A DNA stretch of 34,700 nucleotides from a virus (Duplodnaviria > Caudoviricetes). The position numbers were made by a program, and so were the translations under genes. This document shows positions 1-9,571 of the stretch, one piece after another (within the stretch, counting starts at the first letter, position 1; every line of letters begins with the position of its first letter). The stretch spans positions 1-34,700 of IMG/VR virus record IMGVR_UViG_3300002307_000135; one strand, given 5' to 3'. A model generated the notes under the pieces. It made no database searches. It saw only the letters and a list, made by a program, of their open reading frames with translations, and was not told the DNA's origin.

Positions 1-2916
1 GGTGTCTTCTCCTTGCTCGACTGCCGTGACTGGGAAATTCCCCCACTCGCCGGTTGTCTCATGGCGCGTGTAGACCAGCATGCCGGGCTTTATATCGCCA
101 GCGTTGACCACGCCGCCACCGGCCATTGTGATTTTGATCCAAGGCGCTGGGCATGCCATACCGCTAGCTTCGCCGCCGCCCAACGATACTTGCCCGCCTT
201 GCGGTGGTTGGGTTTGGATTTGCGTCTGTGTTTGATCTCCGCCTTGCGGTAATTGGGTTTGGACTTGGTTTTGAGTTTGGTCTCCGCCGGAAGGCACCAG
301 TGTACTGATACCGCTTTGATCCGTGCCACTTTGAACTTGGTTTTGAGTTTGGTCTCCGCCGGAAGGAACTAGTGTGCTAATACCCGCAGCGCTTGGGACT
401 TGGCCTGTGAAAGGCGTTGTTGCTCCGCCGCCTACGTTGATTCCTGTTAGCGTGTTATTTCCAGCGGCTGCGCTTAACGCTTCTTGCGCCGCTTGCACGG
501 CGGGGGCACCGACGTTGTTACCCATCCACGTGTCTATTTTCCCCTTGTAATCGGGATTACTAAAGTACTGGGCAATGTCTACTCCACCAGCAACTGTCTG
601 GGTCATAGGGCTGGTAATAACGCTCCCAGTTTGCGTGGTTGTAGCCGCGTTGTTTAAAAAGTTGTTTAAGTTGCTGCCATTGCCGGTATTTGCGTTGCCT
701 TGAACAAACGCATCGTGCGCAGCTATGGTTGCCAAGTCGCTAGGCGTTAGGGTTGTGTCGTCCACTGTGGAAGACGGGACTGCTGTTGGGGCAGAAGGAA
801 CTTCTGTTGGCGCTGAGGGCTCGGAGGGTGCCGATGGTTCTGCGGGGGCAACAGGTACCGATGGCTCGGAGGGTACCGATGGCACAGACGGCTCGGCGGG
901 GGCAACAGGTACCGATGGCACGGATGGTACCGAAGGCTCAGAAGGTGCAGATGGGGACGGCACGCTAGGCGAAGGCGCGGGAGGCTCCGAAGGAGATGGT
1001 GTAGAAGGTACCGAGGGCTCAGTAGGTGTAGACGGTACAGACGGTACCGAGGGCTCAGATGGCTCAGTAGGTGTAGACGGTACAGACGGTACCGAGGGCT
1101 CAGATGGCTCAGAGGGAGATGGTACCGAGGGTGTGGATGGTACCGATGGCTCAGATGGCGTAGACGGCACAGACGGTTCTGCCGGAGGCCCAGAAGGAGT
1201 CGATGGCGCTGACGGCGCAGACGGAGCGCTAGGCGACGGCGTAGATGGTGCCGAAGGTGTAGATGGTACCGAGGGTGTAGATGGTACCGAGGGTGTAGAT
1301 GGTACCGAGGGTGTAGATGGTACCGAGGGTGTAGATGGTACCGAGGGTGTAGATGGTGCAGATGGCTCCGAGGGAGATGGCGTAGAAGGCTCCGAGGGAG
1401 ATGGCGTAGATGGTGCAGATGGCTCCGAAGGCGAAGGTGTAGAAGGCTCCGAAGGCTCCGAGGGAGATGGCGTAGAAGGTGCCGAAGGTGTAGATGGTAC
1501 CGAGGGTGTAGATGGGGGCGCGGATGGGGGCCTAGACGGCGGTGCAGATGGAGCCGAAGGAGGCGCGCTGGGGGGAGTTGGGGGAGCCGAAGGCGCTGCT
1601 TTACCCGGGCCGTAGCCCATCAAATAGTTATACGCATCAGCAGAGTCGCCTGTCATGCTGTAGTGCGGGCTCAAGGCTGCGGGTGATGCGCGGCCCTGAG
1701 CAGCGCCGATTGTGTTGTAGTGGTAAGTTGCGTATTGGTTGGGGCTTAGACCACGCGAATCTGCCATGTATGCGGCATGCGCATCGGGGTTATTTTGGAA
1801 ATAACGCAACGTGTTAAGCGAAAACGGCTGCTTGGTGTTGTCGCCAACACCTTGCGTTGCAAAATTGCCGATCGGAGGACGGTTAATTCCAAGAACTGGG
1901 CGCTCAGCTAGTTGCGGGCTAAGATCGGTTCCGTACCCCATATCCGCGCCGGACAAAGATTTTTGGCCAGTTACAGAAGTTGTAGATGGGGCTGCGGGAG
2001 TAGCAGCTGTACCGGGGTCTGTTGTTGTGTAGTTTGTTACGCCTGCGGCTAATGCAGCAGACGCGTCAAGATACTTTTTTCCGTCCGGCCCCCAGACCGG
2101 AGTCCTAGTAGGGCCACCACCGTCAAACCGAACCGCGCCGCCGCCAGCCAAGTGCACGGTAGAAGCGTCTCTAATTCCCAGCGATTGCAGGCCTTGGGTG
2201 CGTGGGTCATACGCAAACGGGCGGATGTACTGGGGTGTGTTGGTGCTGGTGGGCATCGGCGTTGTGGTATTGATATCTGCCAGCACGGGCAATGCAGCCG
2301 CAGCCATGGGCTTCCAACCAATTGACTTTGCCACTCCCAAGGGGTTTGATGCTGCTTGTTCCAGACCGGCGGTCATAGGGTTTTGAGCGCCTGCCATTTG
2401 AGATGCAATATCTGTAGCGCCCCGGTTGGCCAAGATGTTGGCTGGGTTCATTGCTTCTTTGGCGGCAAGGCGGGCGGTTTCTTCCGCCGTTTGATTCTCA
2501 GCAGCCTGCGCCATCGCACTTGTTCCCGCATTAGCCAAACCGCCTTCAATACCAGCGCCGCCCCAAGCGCCAAGGCCGGACATCAGCCCGTGCGACAAAC
2601 TACCAGTGGCCAGCGTGTCGATACCCCCAACGGTCAAGCCCGCACCCAGCGCGGCACCGCCGCCAAACATCCCACCGACAGCCCCCATAGCTTCGGGAGC
2701 AACAAAACCAAGAGCCGCGCCAACCAACGTGGGCAGCAGTTTGTCAAAAAATCCAGCTTCAGGCAGTCCCGTTTCGGGATTAATAGTCAGTGTGCCGCCG
2801 TGGGCCTGAGCCAGATGTTGAAGGCTCTGCACCTCTTTGGGTGACATGTGGACGAGCGTGGAGTCAGGCCCGCGACCCTGCGCGGCCATGTGGTTTGCTA
2901 ATACTTGCAGGCTCAT
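1..2916 (-). CDS. Large internal virion / DNA-ejection-type protein, truncated by the window edge (>=972 aa), with a long (Pro-Ser-X)n low-complexity tract
   Basis: Absent from the ORF track, consistent with running off the window. ATG at 2916 with AAGAGG upstream. N-terminus MSLQVLANHMAAQGRGPDSTLVHMSPKEVQSLQHLAQAHGGTLTINPETGLPEAGFF, a motif I recognise from podophage internal virion proteins. The frame was open in every segment read (1-300, ~1260-1350, ~1620-2100, ~2730-2916). It lies after the nozzle gene, where ejection proteins normally sit. Confidence 0.75.
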   Translation of the reverse strand, partial: MSLQVLANHMAAQGRGPDSTLVHMSPKEVQSLQHLAQAHGGTLTINPETGLPEAGFFDKLLPTLVGAALGFVAPEAMGAVGGMFGGGAALGAGLTVGGIDTLATGSLSHGLMSGLGAWGGAGIEGGLANAGTSAMAQAAENQTAEETARLAAKEAMNPANILANRGATDIASQMAGAQNPMTAGLEQAASNPLGVAKSIGWKPMAAAALPVLADINTTTPMPTSTNTPQYIRPFAYDPRTQGLQSLGIRDASTVHLAGGGAVRFDGGGPTRTPVWGPDGKKYLDASAALAAGVTNYTTTDPGTAATPAAPSTTSVTGQKSLSGADMGYGTDLSPQLAERPVLGINRPPIGNFATQGVGDNTKQPFSLNTLRYFQNNPDAHAAYMADSRGLSPNQYATYHYNTIGAAQGRASPAALSPHYSMTGDSADAYNYLMGYGPGKAAPSAPPTPPSAPPSAPSAPPSRPPSAPPSTPSVPSTPSAPSTPSPSEPSEPSTPSPSEPSAPSTPSPSEPSTPSPSEPSAPSTPSVPSTPSVPSTPSVPSTPSVPSTPSVPSTPSAPSTPSPSAPSAPSAPSTPSGPPAEPSVPSTPSEPSVPSTPSVPSPSEPSEPSVPSVPSTPTEPSEPSVPSVPSTPTEPSVPSTPSPSEPPAPSPSVPSPSAPSEPSVPSVPSVPVAPAEPSVPSVPSEPSVPVAPAEPSAPSEPSAPTEVPSAPTAVPSSTVDDTTLTPSDLATIAAHDAFVQGNANTGNGSNLNNFLNNAATTTQTGSVITSPMTQTVAGGVDIAQYFSNPDYKGKIDTWMGNNVGAPAVQAAQEALSAAAGNNTLTGINVGGGATTPFTGQVPSAAGISTLVPSGGDQTQNQVQSGTDQSGISTLVPSGGDQTQNQVQTQLPQGGDQTQTQIQTQPPQGGQVSLGGGEASGMACPAPWIKITMAGGGVVNAGDIKPGMLVYTRHETTGEWGNFPVTAVEQGEDT
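1259..1348. repeat. Five perfect tandem copies of 18-bp GTAGATGGTACCGAGGGT (PSTPSV on the minus strand), within a larger degenerate 9/18-bp repeat zone at ~810-1560
   Basis: Read directly. Also a 45-bp tandem duplication (1016-1060/1061-1105) and a 32-bp direct repeat (263-294/335-366). Confidence 0.95.
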
Positions 2917-2955
2917 ATTTGCCTCTTAAAAGGGGGGTTATCCGATATTATCATG

Positions 2956-3303
2956 TCAACCAACTTTCCAGTTAGTTCCGTCTGAATATACGGGGACAGC
3001 AACAGCGCCGCCGGTTACGACCGTAGCACCAAAAGTGGGGGCTAGCGCATCAGTCACAAAAGATCGAGCACCTGCGCCGGAAGTCGCTGCGCTAGGCAAC
3101 GTAGCCACTGTGTAGTTTTTTAATGGCGGTATAACGTCATGTGTCGTTAATTGCTGCGCCAAATTGGTTAATTGATTAAAATACAGCCGAAAAATGTTGT
3201 TGAGCTGATCTATATACTGCCGATCATACTCCGGCGTAGCCAACGGCAAGTTAGGCGCGGCAAACTTGTTAATTGGATTTTTGGTGCTAACAATGTACGC
3301 CAT
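2956..3303 (-). CDS. Conserved phage virion-associated hypothetical protein (115 aa)
   Basis: ATG at 3303 lies immediately after the stop of the 694-aa gene. AAPNLPLATPEYDRQY...LRLYFNQL-type motif; C-terminus VYSDGTNWKVG resembles fibre/spike ends. Confidence 0.7.
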   Translation of the reverse strand: MAYIVSTKNPINKFAAPNLPLATPEYDRQYIDQLNNIFRLYFNQLTNLAQQLTTHDVIPPLKNYTVATLPSAATSGAGARSFVTDALAPTFGATVVTGGAVAVPVYSDGTNWKVG

Positions 3304-3304
3304 A

Positions 3305-5389
3305 CTACCTACGTCCATCCGGGCGGATATCTATCCTCGGGGCACCCAACTGCCAAGCCGTACCAAGGTTGCTGCTACCGATCTTAAAGATCAACTGCCG
3401 CCCGCGAACCCGTGTATATACAATCCCCGTGAATTCTTCGGTAATGTTGTAGTCCGTACCTTGGGTAACGCCCATCACGCCCGGGGTGCTTGCGCCCGAT
3501 CCTGAGTTCTGCATGGGGTACAGCGTCATCGTGGTCTGGCCGGTGTACCCGCTGGTGGTTCCGCTGAAAGTCAAATCCGGCAGCACACGCCAGATGAACG
3601 AGTAGTGGTCGCCGTCCCCGATGTCAAACTCCGAAGAGGACACATACGCCACAATGGGGGCTGGGGTGCCGGTTTCGACGTCATCATTACCTTGCTCGTG
3701 TTGGACGGTGTAGCCGTTGTAAGTCGTGGCTAGCGGGCTAGGCTGAAGACCGGAATCAATCCAAGCCGTGCGCGCCATCGTGCCGTAATACCAAGTGTTC
3801 TCAAGGTAGTTGTACACCACGTACTTGTCAATTGTCGTGCTGTTGGCTGAGCAGTAGAACCACCAGACCTCGTTAAACGCCTCGACTGTGCTGGCAAAGA
3901 CCTGCTGGTTTTGGTACATATTTATATCATTAAAGATATATTTACGCAGGTCGCAGTTCTGCGTTTGTACCCGGCCATCGTAACGGTAGAACTTGTCGAT
4001 GCCCATCCAGAAAATAACGCCCGAGGCCAGCGCCACAGCGTTTGGCCCCATGATGGAGATGTTGTCGCCCAAGATCTGAGTCTGCCAAACGTAGGGCGTT
4101 CCAATGTATTGCAGGCTGTACACGGCCTGATCGGTAATCACAAATACCTCTTGTCGGGTCTGGATGACGCTGACAATCTGCGAACCATGGGACAGTCGGA
4201 TGCTGCCTGCCTGATTTGTAGCGTCTGGCGTCCAAGCGTAGGGGTTTTCCTGATCCGACCAGCGAATCAGCATTGGGTCAATTGTGCTGCTGCCGTAGTT
4301 GTTGGTGCCAAAGACAATCACAAACCGCGATGCATCCGAGACCAAAATGTTGTTCTGAACAACCGGCACGTCCACCAAGTTAGATATGTACTGGGTGCCG
4401 GACTGGGAGCCTGAAGTGTTGACCGTGTTGCCGTTAACGTCGATCAACTGGGATGTCAGGCCATCAAGGTTGTTGATGTAGTACGTTGTGCCCGCCGTGA
4501 TTCCCGTGGGCAGCGCCCCTGTGGTACCAAATTGGATGGCGGTGCCGTCCGTCAAAGCGGTGGTGTATGTAACGACGGCTGGGGTTGCAATTGTGATGGT
4601 TACGTTTCCGCCCAAACTAGACAAGAGCACCCCCGGATTTGCCGTGGTATTGCTCACCTGCCAGTAGTAAAGACCGCCACCTTTTGGGCCATAGAGCAAG
4701 TTTTCGCCAAAGTTATACGCATCCCACAAGCGTAAGTCATTTTTAACGGTCGATCCATTACCCCAAGTGCCGAACCCCCAAGGGCCCGCGCCCCACCCAT
4801 AGAACGGAACTTGAATGGCCGGGCCAGTATTAATTTGGTAGGTTGCGACTACTGCGCTGCCCCCACCAGTCGTAGAACTTGTTGCTGTACCGGTAGCTTG
4901 GATGGTGTACGTGTTGGCGTTTGGCGCGGTAAGAATTTGGTAAGACCCGCTGACTGTAACGCTGGCAACCGCAGTGGCCCCAGAAAAACTTACGAAGTCG
5001 TTGACAATAGCGCCATGTGCTGTGTGCGTCACTGTAATTGTTGTTTTTCCACCGGAGTTGGTGGTGGTATTGGTGGCGAACGGGTTTGCACCTAGCGTAG
5101 CAGTTAGCCGCACCGGGGTGATATCAAAGTATGTGTTGCCGTACGTAATGTAAAACTTGAGGTTTGTCCCCAAGGAAACGTAGTTGATGTTGGCCGTTGT
5201 GATCCAATTCCACAAGTTGCGGCAAACGCCAAGGAAAGTAGACGTAGAGTACTGAATCCACCCGCCGATTTTTTCGGGAGTACCTTGGCGAAACCGGATC
5301 TTGTCGCTTTCGTACCAGCCACTTTCATTCAAGTAGCGGGTATTTTCACGGTTAACGCCGGGTTTAAAAATCAGCTTTTGTAGAGGCAT
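3305..5389 (-). CDS. Tail nozzle / DNA-stabilisation protein (P22 gp10 / T7 gp12-like position), 694 aa, with Thr-rich inserted domains
   Basis: Long ORF with beta-propeller-like W/Y-rich segments (IRWSDQE, FNEVWWFY) and typical termini (KPGVNRE..., LGAPRIDIRPDGRR). Located between the lysis and ejection genes. Confidence 0.65.
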   Translation of the reverse strand: MPLQKLIFKPGVNRENTRYLNESGWYESDKIRFRQGTPEKIGGWIQYSTSTFLGVCRNLWNWITTANINYVSLGTNLKFYITYGNTYFDITPVRLTATLGANPFATNTTTNSGGKTTITVTHTAHGAIVNDFVSFSGATAVASVTVSGSYQILTAPNANTYTIQATGTATSSTTGGGSAVVATYQINTGPAIQVPFYGWGAGPWGFGTWGNGSTVKNDLRLWDAYNFGENLLYGPKGGGLYYWQVSNTTANPGVLLSSLGGNVTITIATPAVVTYTTALTDGTAIQFGTTGALPTGITAGTTYYINNLDGLTSQLIDVNGNTVNTSGSQSGTQYISNLVDVPVVQNNILVSDASRFVIVFGTNNYGSSTIDPMLIRWSDQENPYAWTPDATNQAGSIRLSHGSQIVSVIQTRQEVFVITDQAVYSLQYIGTPYVWQTQILGDNISIMGPNAVALASGVIFWMGIDKFYRYDGRVQTQNCDLRKYIFNDINMYQNQQVFASTVEAFNEVWWFYCSANSTTIDKYVVYNYLENTWYYGTMARTAWIDSGLQPSPLATTYNGYTVQHEQGNDDVETGTPAPIVAYVSSSEFDIGDGDHYSFIWRVLPDLTFSGTTSGYTGQTTMTLYPMQNSGSGASTPGVMGVTQGTDYNITEEFTGIVYTRVRGRQLIFKIGSSNLGTAWQLGAPRIDIRPDGRR

Positions 5390-5397
5390 CGCACATC

Positions 5398-5874
5398 CTA
5401 AGACAGGAAAAGGGCACGCTCGTCAATGCGGCGGTTCTGCAACCCTTTGAGGATTTTACCCCCAGCCATGCAATACTTCAAGAACTCATCCGCAGCGCCC
5501 GCTTTATCCCCGCGAAGCAGTTTCTGGCGAAGCGTAGAACGCTGGAGTCCACCAAGACCCAAGTTAAAAGCGAAGCTGACAAGCCCATCAAACATACCTT
5601 GTGTAAGAGGGATAGGACAGAACTGCTCGACCCCGCGCTCAAATCTAGCCAAATCTGCTGCAAGTATTGCATCAACTTCCTCCATAGGGAAAACCCTATC
5701 ATCCTCTGGACGTAGGGCAAAGCCATCACGCTCTTCCAGTTTTAGCTTACCCTGCTCAGGGTAAAGCACATGGCCCACGCCAACAGTCCAAAGGCGAGCG
5801 GGGCATCGGTACGGGCGTTGACGCACGCCTTCATGGTGCTTAATTACCCGCAGCGCTTTGTCTGAGACTTTCAT
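5398..5874 (-). CDS. Endolysin, GH24 phage lysozyme
   Basis: HEG-x5-YRCPARLWTVGVGH catalytic region (E...C/D...T triad), FDGLVSFAFNLG, GLQNRRIDERALF. Confidence 0.92.
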   Translation of the reverse strand: MKVSDKALRVIKHHEGVRQRPYRCPARLWTVGVGHVLYPEQGKLKLEERDGFALRPEDDRVFPMEEVDAILAADLARFERGVEQFCPIPLTQGMFDGLVSFAFNLGLGGLQRSTLRQKLLRGDKAGAADEFLKYCMAGGKILKGLQNRRIDERALFLS

Positions 5875-6386
5875 TTACCGAAGGCCCTGCCACCGAAGTG
5901 AAACGCCACAATACTGGCAAACAGCGCTTGGGTGTTGGAATCCCAAAGACGGTCAGCTAAAACAGGAAATTCAACGCCGTGGTTGTAGCCATAAATGAAC
6001 AAACCAACATCCACAAAACACAATAAGAAGAAGAATCCAAGGGTAATGAAGCTGCGGACACCTGCGCGTAGGTTTTTCATCCACTGGCTGGTTCCCTCGT
6101 TGAGCGACTCATCATGCTCGTAGATGGCCTGCATCTCGGCTACTTGGGCGTTGACCAAATTCTCGTTGGCCTTGGCGTTAGTCTGAAGCTCCAAGTCGGC
6201 ACTGTGGATCTGCTCAATCCTCTCCTGCGCTTCAAAGCCTGCTTTGCGTAACTCCAGTTCACGCTCAATCTGCATTCGGGCCAAGTCCAGCTCATGGCGC
6301 TTGTCAGCGCGGTCTTGGAAAAAGTCCAGCAGCTTGGGCAGACCCCCCATGAGGAATGAGATCAGCGTAGACAGGATCGTAAGCAT
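5871..6386 (-). CDS. Putative holin (three hydrophobic segments; 3-TM holin-like)
   Basis: N-terminal hydrophobic helix, coiled coil, W..NLRAGVRSFIT followed by a TM segment, and a C-terminal IVAFHFGGR. Overlaps the endolysin start (ATGA); its own start forms a TGATG overlap at 6386. Confidence 0.7.
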   Translation of the reverse strand: MLTILSTLISFLMGGLPKLLDFFQDRADKRHELDLARMQIERELELRKAGFEAQERIEQIHSADLELQTNAKANENLVNAQVAEMQAIYEHDESLNEGTSQWMKNLRAGVRSFITLGFFFLLCFVDVGLFIYGYNHGVEFPVLADRLWDSNTQALFASIVAFHFGGRAFGK

Positions 6387-6859
6387 CAGTGTTTCTCCAA
6401 CAACATAGTGAGCCACCAGAGGATAAGCCCAAGTACCAAAATAACTATGGCCCCACCAAGGAGCCAGTTGATTAACTCATCCAACTCTTTTTTCTTAGCC
6501 GCTGCGTTTTTCTCATCCAAGATTTCCTGCGCTTTGCGCTTTTGGATTAAGTCGTTTCTGGTGATGAGTAGCTGCTGCCAAACATCCGCATGACCGTTAA
6601 GCACCAGCCATTGGTTCAGTTCCTTCTCTGCGTCATCCAACTTCTTGGCTTGCATGACGATCTCAAACGCCTGCGCCGTGTCCGACCCCGCAAACCCTGT
6701 CTTTGGCTTGGACGCTGCCCGCTGGACAACATCCTTGGCCTCAAAGAACTTCATGGCCTCGCCAGTGATGGCGTGGATATCTTTACCTAGCTTTATTGCA
6801 GCTTGGACACCCTTAACCGCCGCTTGGGCCGTAGCAAAAGCGGTAATCGGGTCAATCAT
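6386..6859 (-). CDS. Hypothetical membrane-anchored coiled-coil protein (157 aa)
   Basis: MIDPITAFATAQAAV start, coiled coil and one C-terminal TM helix. Translationally coupled to both neighbours. Confidence 0.75.
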   Translation of the reverse strand: MIDPITAFATAQAAVKGVQAAIKLGKDIHAITGEAMKFFEAKDVVQRAASKPKTGFAGSDTAQAFEIVMQAKKLDDAEKELNQWLVLNGHADVWQQLLITRNDLIQKRKAQEILDEKNAAAKKKELDELINWLLGGAIVILVLGLILWWLTMLLEKH

Positions 6860-7702
6860 TTAAACGCCCATTTTTTTCCTGATCTCTGTGGCAGAAATAG
6901 CATGAGTGGCTGCATCAAACACTTCTTGTTCAATCTTGTAGCCCACATCTCGTCCATAGGTGATGTTCACCACGTTAGGCACAAGCTGGATCTCATACTG
7001 GCCCTGATACAGAGGGTCTAAATCACGCTTAATCAGGTCTTTAACCTGCTCGGCGGCAAAGGGGTTGGAGCCGTTCCAGCCTTGGCAGTCACGGATCTGA
7101 ATGACCACTTGGCCTGTCTTGGCGATAGCACGGTCAAACAATGCACGGTGGCCCGGATGCCACGGCTGCCAGCGTCCAAGCATCTGGACGGTTTCCTTCT
7201 TCCAGTCAAAGGTAGGACGGCGGCGCTCATCAAGGATGTGGTTGCCAATGAACTCAGCCCACTTCTCACAGTCCTGCTCGGTGACACGGAAATCATATTC
7301 CTTCGGAGGAATAAATGCCTTGTTGGTGTCCTCGTAGCGGCCCTTCTCAATGGTGTCCACCCAGATCGTCCAGTCGGCCTTGAAGTTGTTGCGCATCTCA
7401 ACAAGCGGAGCAACAAAGTCGCAGATCACATAGTCGGTATTGGCCTTGAGCGCAAACTCAGCCATACGCAGTGACTGACGAATGCGGCCCTCGTTGGAAA
7501 AATCCCAATCATTGAAGCTCTTGCGGACATCATCGGCGTTGAACCACTTCACGCTACATTTGTAGCTGGTGGGTATATGCTCTCCTGCGCGATACAGGGG
7601 CATATGCTTGACTGTTGAGTTTTCCTCAAGGTAGCGCTTCAAAGCGCCAGCCAAGTACGTTTTGCCAGAGCCGGGAAGCCCCATGATTAGGATTTTCTTC
7701 AT
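6860..7702 (-). CDS. Adenylylsulfate-kinase (CysC)-like P-loop domain fused to a C-terminal HxGH nucleotidyltransferase domain; candidate minimal PAPS synthase
   Basis: GLPGSGKT Walker A; NADDVR...DWDFSNEGRIRQ and ICDFVAP match the APS kinase DGDNVR...DLGFS..DR..N and ISP motifs. The second domain has GRWQPWHPGH (HxGH), YGRDVGY and ISATEIR. Confidence 0.8.
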   Translation of the reverse strand: MKKILIMGLPGSGKTYLAGALKRYLEENSTVKHMPLYRAGEHIPTSYKCSVKWFNADDVRKSFNDWDFSNEGRIRQSLRMAEFALKANTDYVICDFVAPLVEMRNNFKADWTIWVDTIEKGRYEDTNKAFIPPKEYDFRVTEQDCEKWAEFIGNHILDERRRPTFDWKKETVQMLGRWQPWHPGHRALFDRAIAKTGQVVIQIRDCQGWNGSNPFAAEQVKDLIKRDLDPLYQGQYEIQLVPNVVNITYGRDVGYKIEQEVFDAATHAISATEIRKKMGV

Positions 7703-8091
7703 AGGAGCGCGTCCAGTTCGTCGTGGCTGGTGGCTGCATCAATAGCGGCTTGCTTGGCAACCATAGTCTGACGGGCGGCTTCAATTGCGCTTGCGTCAAA
7801 TGTCATGGGGTTGCTGGCTTGCTGGTTGACCACCTGCTGGAACGTGAACTGTGCGTTGGCCTTCATACCGTTCTTGCGGTCATCTACGGCGATGTCGTAG
7901 CTGTCCCAGATGATCTGCACAGGGTCTGTGTTGAGATCATAGCGGTGTGCTGTGTAGCCTTGGCGGTGCGGCGTGATGTTTGCACGAACCTCCACTGCAT
8001 TGCGCCAGCCGTTGTTGCCGACTCCTTCTGCGGGCGGTGTATCCCACACATCTTTAACCTCACCATTTACTACCCGAACGTAATGTGTCAT
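7699..8091 (-). CDS. Hypothetical protein, possibly a tail-fibre assembly chaperone (130 aa)
   Basis: AGGAG RBS; follows a fibre gene; C-terminal AIDAATSHDELDALL is typical of fibre-assembly proteins. Confidence 0.6.
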   Translation of the reverse strand: MTHYVRVVNGEVKDVWDTPPAEGVGNNGWRNAVEVRANITPHRQGYTAHRYDLNTDPVQIIWDSYDIAVDDRKNGMKANAQFTFQQVVNQQASNPMTFDASAIEAARQTMVAKQAAIDAATSHDELDALL

Positions 8092-8113
8092 ATAGACTCC
8101 TTGTTAAAAAAAA

Positions 8114-9568
8114 TTAAGCTGGGCGAATTGCAAATCCATAATTGCCACCAGCCCCACCAGAAACCCAACTTGTTAGTGCGCCAACTTGTTTAGGAGAGGA
8201 ATATGTAGTTTCATTTCCAAGTCCCAATTGTCCACCATAACCAAATCCCCAAGACCACAGTGTCCCGTCAGTTTTTAAAGCAAGTGTTTGATATAAACCT
8301 GTCCAAACTTGTGACCAAGTTGTAAGCCCGCCAACTTGTTTAGGAGATGAATAACTATTTGTGTTTCCAAGCCCTAATTGACCCTGACTTCCAGATCCCC
8401 AAGTCCACAAAGTTCCATCGGTTTTAACGGCGGCAACATGATAGCCGCCACCAGCAACACTTAACCAATTAGTCAAAGTACCTACTTGCTTTGGAGAAGA
8501 ATAAAAATTTAAATTTCCTAAGCCTGTTTGACCAGCCCCAGCATCTCCCCAAGACCACAATGTACCGTCAGTTTTAATTGCGTGTGTAGATCCACCACCA
8601 TTATTCCAACTTCCTACGGATAATTTAGACCAATTAGTAAGAGCGCCAACCTGTACAGGAGATGAGTAATTAATTGACTGAGCAGAATATCCACCTTGGC
8701 CCCACGACCAAAGAGTCCCATCAGTTTTAATTGAAATCATACAACCATTAGCCACAACTAGTTTTGCCCAGTTTGTTGATGCTCCAACTTGAGTTGGCGA
8801 TGTATATGCCCTAAAGGAACCGCTGCCAGAAGTACCTAATCCCAATTGACCGTCATTGTTGTAACCCCAAGTCCACAGCGTACCGTCGGTTTTAACGGCT
8901 CCGCTAGACTGCCCGTTATCAACGCAAAATGACCAAGTAGATGCTGAACCAACTTGAACAGGAGATGAGTAGTTTTTAAGTACCCCATTGCCCATGTTGT
9001 ACCAAGTATCACCTGTACCCCATCTCCAAAGTGTTCCGTTGTTTTTTACAAAGGAAGGTGTTAAGAAATTTGCTCGTGCATTAATTGCACTAGAAGTTGA
9101 ACCCCAGTCCCCGCCAGAGCCAAGTTGTGTAGGCGAAGAATAAGACGTTATATTACCAAGGCCAAGTTTTCCAGTTGCTCCATCACCCCAAATAAACACA
9201 GTGGGCTGTAATGCTGGCGTTACACTATTACTTGCTGCACTTGCTGGGCCTGTGCCAGTTGCGTTAGTAGCTGTTACTGTGAATGTATACGCCGTTCCGT
9301 TGGTCAAGCCAGAGACTGTAATAGGTGATGCAGATCCCGTGCCAGTAAAGCCGCCGGGGCTGGATGTGACTGTGTAGCTTGTAATGGTGGCAGGTATGCC
9401 GAGATCTGTTGGCGCAGTAAAAGTTACAGACGCACTTAAGCTACCAGCAGTAGCAGTGCCAATTGTGGGTGCACCCGGTGGGCGAGGCCAAGTCCCCGCA
9501 GCTTTAGCATTGGCTTGGCTGCTGAGGTTCCAGATGCCTGAGTATTGAACGCTTGATGCTGTTGCCAT
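8114..9568 (-). CDS. Fibronectin type III + RCC1-repeat beta-propeller protein (putative fibre/adhesin, type B2)
   Basis: PGAPTIGTATAG...VSGLTNGTAYTFTVTATNATGTGPASAASNSVTP is FN3. About 7 repeats of KTDGTLWxWGxxxxGQLGLG...YSSPxQVG are RCC1/BLIP-II blades. Confidence 0.88.
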   Translation of the reverse strand: MATASSVQYSGIWNLSSQANAKAAGTWPRPPGAPTIGTATAGSLSASVTFTAPTDLGIPATITSYTVTSSPGGFTGTGSASPITVSGLTNGTAYTFTVTATNATGTGPASAASNSVTPALQPTVFIWGDGATGKLGLGNITSYSSPTQLGSGGDWGSTSSAINARANFLTPSFVKNNGTLWRWGTGDTWYNMGNGVLKNYSSPVQVGSASTWSFCVDNGQSSGAVKTDGTLWTWGYNNDGQLGLGTSGSGSFRAYTSPTQVGASTNWAKLVVANGCMISIKTDGTLWSWGQGGYSAQSINYSSPVQVGALTNWSKLSVGSWNNGGGSTHAIKTDGTLWSWGDAGAGQTGLGNLNFYSSPKQVGTLTNWLSVAGGGYHVAAVKTDGTLWTWGSGSQGQLGLGNTNSYSSPKQVGGLTTWSQVWTGLYQTLALKTDGTLWSWGFGYGGQLGLGNETTYSSPKQVGALTSWVSGGAGGNYGFAIRPA

Positions 9569-9571
9569 GAT

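Noticed and set aside
1259-1348. Tandem repeats as a possible CRISPR array
   Set aside because: The units are contiguous with no spacers, are multiples of 3 and lie in a coding frame; no cas genes are present.
725-1615. Plus-strand 296-aa ORF with collagen-like Gly-X-Y periodicity (GTEGVD)n
   Set aside because: It is the antisense shadow of the (Pro-Ser-X)n tract of the minus-strand gene, has no RBS, and runs against the operon.
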